A DNA stretch of 64,000 nt from Mobula hypostoma. Its lineage: Eukaryota. The position numbers and the translations under genes were made by a program. The notes under the pieces were generated by a model. That model was not told the DNA's origin, searched no databases, and saw only the letters and a program-made list of their open reading frames with translations. Below, in pieces: positions 60,211 through 64,000 of this stretch (positions are counted from its first letter, which is position 1; every line of letters starts with the position of its first letter). The DNA lies in NCBI RefSeq assembly GCF_963921235.1, contig NC_086097.1:176392001-176456000 (forward strand), read 5' to 3'.

Positions 60211-62090
60211 TTGGCAGGAGGAAAGGTGGAGGAATGAAGAGGACCATCTCTGGTTGATTGCTGGGGACTAGTGGTGTTCTGCAAGGGCGATGTTGGGACC
60301 GCTTCTTTCATGTGTGTCAATGATTTGCATGACAGATTTGATGGCATTTTGGCCAAGTTTCTGGAGAATGCAAAGATAGCTGGAGGGGCAGACAGTGTTG
60401 AGGAAGTTGAGAGTCAGCAGAAGAACTTGGACAGATTAGGAGAATGGGCAAAGAAGTGGCAGATGGAATACAGTGTGGACAAGTGTATGGCCGTGCACTT
60501 TGGCATAACGAATAAAGGTGTAGACTTCTAAACGGGAAGCAAATTCAGAAATTGAAGTTGCAAAGGGACTTCAGAGTCTCAGAGCAGGGTTCCCTAAATG
60601 TTAACTTGCAGCTTGAGTTGATAGGCAGGAAGGAAACTTCAATTTTAGCATTTTTCGAGAACTTCAAAGGTTTCAGAGGTTTTAAAGGTACATTTAATGT
60701 CAGAGAAATGTATACAATATACATCCTGAAATGCTGCTTCTTCGCAACCATTCACAAAAACAGAAAGGAGTGCCCCTAAAGAATGGATGACAGTTAAATG
60801 TTAGATCCCCAAAGACCCCTCAGCTCCCTTCCCTCCCAAGTGTAAGGGGAAGCAAGCGACAATCACCCCTCCCCCCACCAGCAAAAAAAAAGCATTGGCA
60901 CCCACCACCGAGCGCCCAAGCATGAGCAAGGCAACAGCAAAGACACAGACTTGCAGTACTCCAAAGATTACTTGTTCACCCAGCATTCGATGTACCACGG
61001 GCTCTCTCTCTCTCTCCCTAATAAGGGAGAAAGAGGTGTCTCCGTTTCACAGCGAGAGGGGAGATATAACAAACAGCTTGCTGGTTTACAATGTTAAAAG
61101 TCCATTGTGTCGCTTTTTCTGAGCTGTGTGCCCAAAGGTCTCGGGTCTCTGAGCACACAGCCTTAGACCTTCCATCTCCCACGATACACTGGTCTTCTGC
61201 TTGGATACCGACCTCCGATCCCCTCGTCTCCAGAGCCACAAAAAATTGATCCTCCGAAGGCGAGTGGAGCTCTTAGGCCGGGCGCTTGGCATGCTGAACA
61301 GTGGCCAGTTGTGAAACCCTAAGAACGGGTCCTATTCCCACAAAGAACCATAATCAGCGTGTAACTCCAATTCGGGTCTTCAAAAGAACCCTGAAAGGGA
61401 AAAATAGAGATATTTAAGATGGAAATAGAACTGTTTCCGAAGTTGCAAGCGAAGGAGTCGCCATTAGGTGCCATTACCCCTCCTGAGCTCCGCCTTCACA
61501 TTTAAAAGCAAGAATGTAATGCTAAGTCTTGATAAGCCATTGATTGGACAGCATTTGGAGTATTGTGAGCAGTTTGGGCCCCTTATCTAAGAAAGGATGT
61601 GCTGACTTTGGAGAGGATTCAGAGAAGGTTCATGAGAATGATCATGGGAATGTAAGAGTTAACTCATGAGGAGTGTTTGATGGCTCTGGTTGTGTTCTCT
61701 CTGGTGTTTTGAAGATTAGGGGGAATAATATTGAAAGGCCGATATAGAGTGGATGTGGAGAGGACGTTTCCAATAGAGGGAGAATCTAGGACCAGAGGGA
61801 CACCCTCAGAATACATGTTAGTCCCCTTAGAACAGAAATGAGGAGGAATTTCTTTAGACAGAGGGTGATGAATCTGTACAATTCATTGCCACAGATGGCA
61901 TTAGCGGCCAAATTATTGAGTATATTTTAGAGCAGAGGTTGATAGGTTCTTGATTTGTAAAGGTATAAGTTTATGGGGAGAAGGCAGGAGAATAAAGTTG
62001 AGAGGGATAATCAGCCATGATCAAATAGAGGAGCAGATTCGATGGGCTGAATGGCCTACTTCTGCTCCGATGTCTTATGATCTTATTGGA
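60210..62090 (+). mobile_element. Degraded CR1 RT / 3' end, split by the insertion at 60661-61495
   Basis: LDRLGEWAKKWQMEYSVDKC before the insertion; LEYC.QF..PYLRKDV and a CR1 tail (TCTTATGA) after it. Confidence 0.85.
60661..61495 (-). mobile_element. Non-coding ~830 bp retroposon (same family as 12211-12951)
   Basis: Shared translated junk (SKATAKTQTCSTPK; LSLIREK.VSPFHS.RGDITN) and shared 5' and 3' termini. Confidence 0.8.
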
Positions 62091-62989
62091 TAGAAGATGT
62101 CCTTGAGCCTGGTGGCACATGCTTTCAGGATTTTGTATCTTTTGCCTGATGGAATGTAGGAGAAGAGAGAATGTTCAAGCTGGGTAAGATATTATTTTCT
62201 CCTTTACCTAGGCAATGAGAAGCGTAGATAGTCTATGAATGGAGGCTGCTTTCCATGACATGGGCCACATACAGTGAAATAGGATTCGCTTGGGTGGGAG
62301 CCTTTGTCGGCCTGGACAGCTGGCTGAAGGGTATGTTACTGTGCTGTATTGCTCCATGGCTCTATACTTCATCATTAGTCTCACTGGATGCTGATTCGTT
62401 TCTTTCACCGAGCCCCTTGTACCCCTGTTCCATTTCACTCACTGAGGTCCTGGCTCCTGTACTCCCCTTGAGCTCCCCTGTTTTGTTTTCGTTGTGTTGT
62501 TCAGAAACTTGCTGCTCTCACAGGAAAATTATATGTTCTACTGTGCTGCATCTAAAAAAATTTAAATTACAAGTGTGTTGGAATATTGATAAGGACACCA
62601 TCCAGCAGTCTTGGATATCATTAAACCCTGACTATACCAGATTAACAAAGTTTTATTGTAGTTCCAGACAAGAAAATCTATACTCTCAATCCTAACAGAG
62701 TTCCAGAAATCCTTCCCTGATATCCCATGTCTGTCAGAGCTCAATAAAAGCCATAATCAGAATCATGAGAATCAGAGTCAGATTTATTATCACTGGTATG
62801 GCATGAAATTCGTTTTGTGACAGCAGTACAGTGCAGGTCTCCTGTTTGGAACATATTCCTGTTATAAAAACTGCCTCGAAGTTAAATGAAGTTGGAAGAT
62901 AAGGTCTGTGAATTACCTCAGTATTGGCATTGGTTTATTATTGTCACATGTAAGAGACGCATGGAGGTTAATATACTAACCCGATCAAT

Positions 62990-63440
62990 GTAAAGCACGA
63001 TAGACAGCATTCTACCTGGATACAGAACGGCTTGGTATGCATGTGACAACAATAAACTGCAGAGAATTGTGGCCACAGCTAGCTCACCATGGAAACCAAT
63101 CTCCATTCCATAGGTTTTGTCTATATTCACAGCTTCTGCAAGCACATACTAGCAGACTCAAGGACAGCTTCTATCCCACTGTTATTAAATTCTTGAATGG
63201 ACATCTTGTACAATAAGATGAACTCTTGACCTCACGATCTACCCCATTGTGACTTTGCAATTTTTGTTTACCTTCACTACATTTTCTCTGTAGTTTTCGT
63301 ACTTTACTCTGCATTGTTAATTTTAACTTGTTCTCCTTCGATGTTCTGTATAATGATTTGATCTGTATGAACAGTGTGCAAGAAGCTTTTCACTTCATCT
63401 TTGTGCAAGTGACAATAATAAACTAATTCCAACACCAATT
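62990..63440 (+). mobile_element. Rex1/Babar-like 3' fragment
   Basis: IDSILPGYRTAWY...KLQRIVATA remnant and a GTGACAATAATAAAC tail. Confidence 0.7.
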
Positions 63441-63471
63441 CTTAATGAAATTTCAATACTCATTTAACATA

Positions 63472-63967
63472 CGAGGGGTGATTGATAAGTTCGTGGCCTA
63501 AGGTAGAAGGAGTCAATTGTAGAAAACCTAGCACATTTATCTTTCAACATAGTCCCCTCCTACATTTACACACTTAGTCCAGCGGTCGTGGAGCATACGG
63601 ATCCCTTCTTTGTGGAAGTCAGCATCTCCACAACAGGGATGATTGATAAATTTGCAGCCTAAGGTAGCAAGAGATGCGATTAACTTAAAGTTTTCTGCAT
63701 AATCACTCAAAGAGTTGGACTGCACGTACATGAAACGAGAGCTGTATAACTCATCTCCTTCTATCTTAGGCCATGAACTTATCAATCACCCCATGCTGTG
63801 GACCACTTCCAAGATGCTGACTTCTACAAAGAAGGGATCCGTATGCTCCACGACCGCTGGACTATGTGTGTAAATGTAGGAGGGGACTATGTTGAAAGAT
63901 AAATGTGCTAGGTTTTCTAAAATTGACTCCTTCCACCTTAGGCCACAAACTTATCAATCACCCCTCG
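63472..63967. mobile_element. Fold-back mariner-derived MITE
   Basis: TA duplication at 63470-71 and 63968-69. TIR CGAGGGGTGATTGATAAGTT. Arms of ~156 bp each carry a mariner C-terminus (ADF.KEGIRMLHDRWT.CVNVGGDYVER*). An inner TIR pair lies at 63635-63671 and 63757-63792. Confidence 0.92.
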
Positions 63968-64000
63968 TATATCTCTGTGTTAATTTGTAATGGACACAGA

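Overview
This is a eukaryotic, repeat-dense window with no recognisable host protein-coding gene. It looks intronic or intergenic. The repeat mix (CR1 LINEs with 8-9 nt microsatellite tails, Rex1/Babar LINEs, V-SINEs, Penelope-like elements) is typical of a cartilaginous fish, probably a ray; that is inference. It also holds three Gypsy LTR relics, an internally deleted Tigger, a fold-back mariner MITE, a Tx1 3' end and minisatellites. Nearly all ORFs in the supplied track are TE fragments or noise. The most interesting signals are at the RNA level. (1) A ~560 bp non-coding RTE-type retroposon at 40367-40928 begins with a complete HDV-like self-cleaving ribozyme fold that has an unusual hairpin inserted in L3. 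(2) A 376 bp, TSD-flanked, almost fully palindromic Penelope-derived element at 38302-38677 carries two opposed minimal hammerhead ribozyme motifs, and about ten decayed relatives occur across the window. (3) A second bipartite RTE-derived element at 193-622 has a structured leader. Family names come from by-eye motif recognition without database searches, and boundaries of old fragments are approximate.
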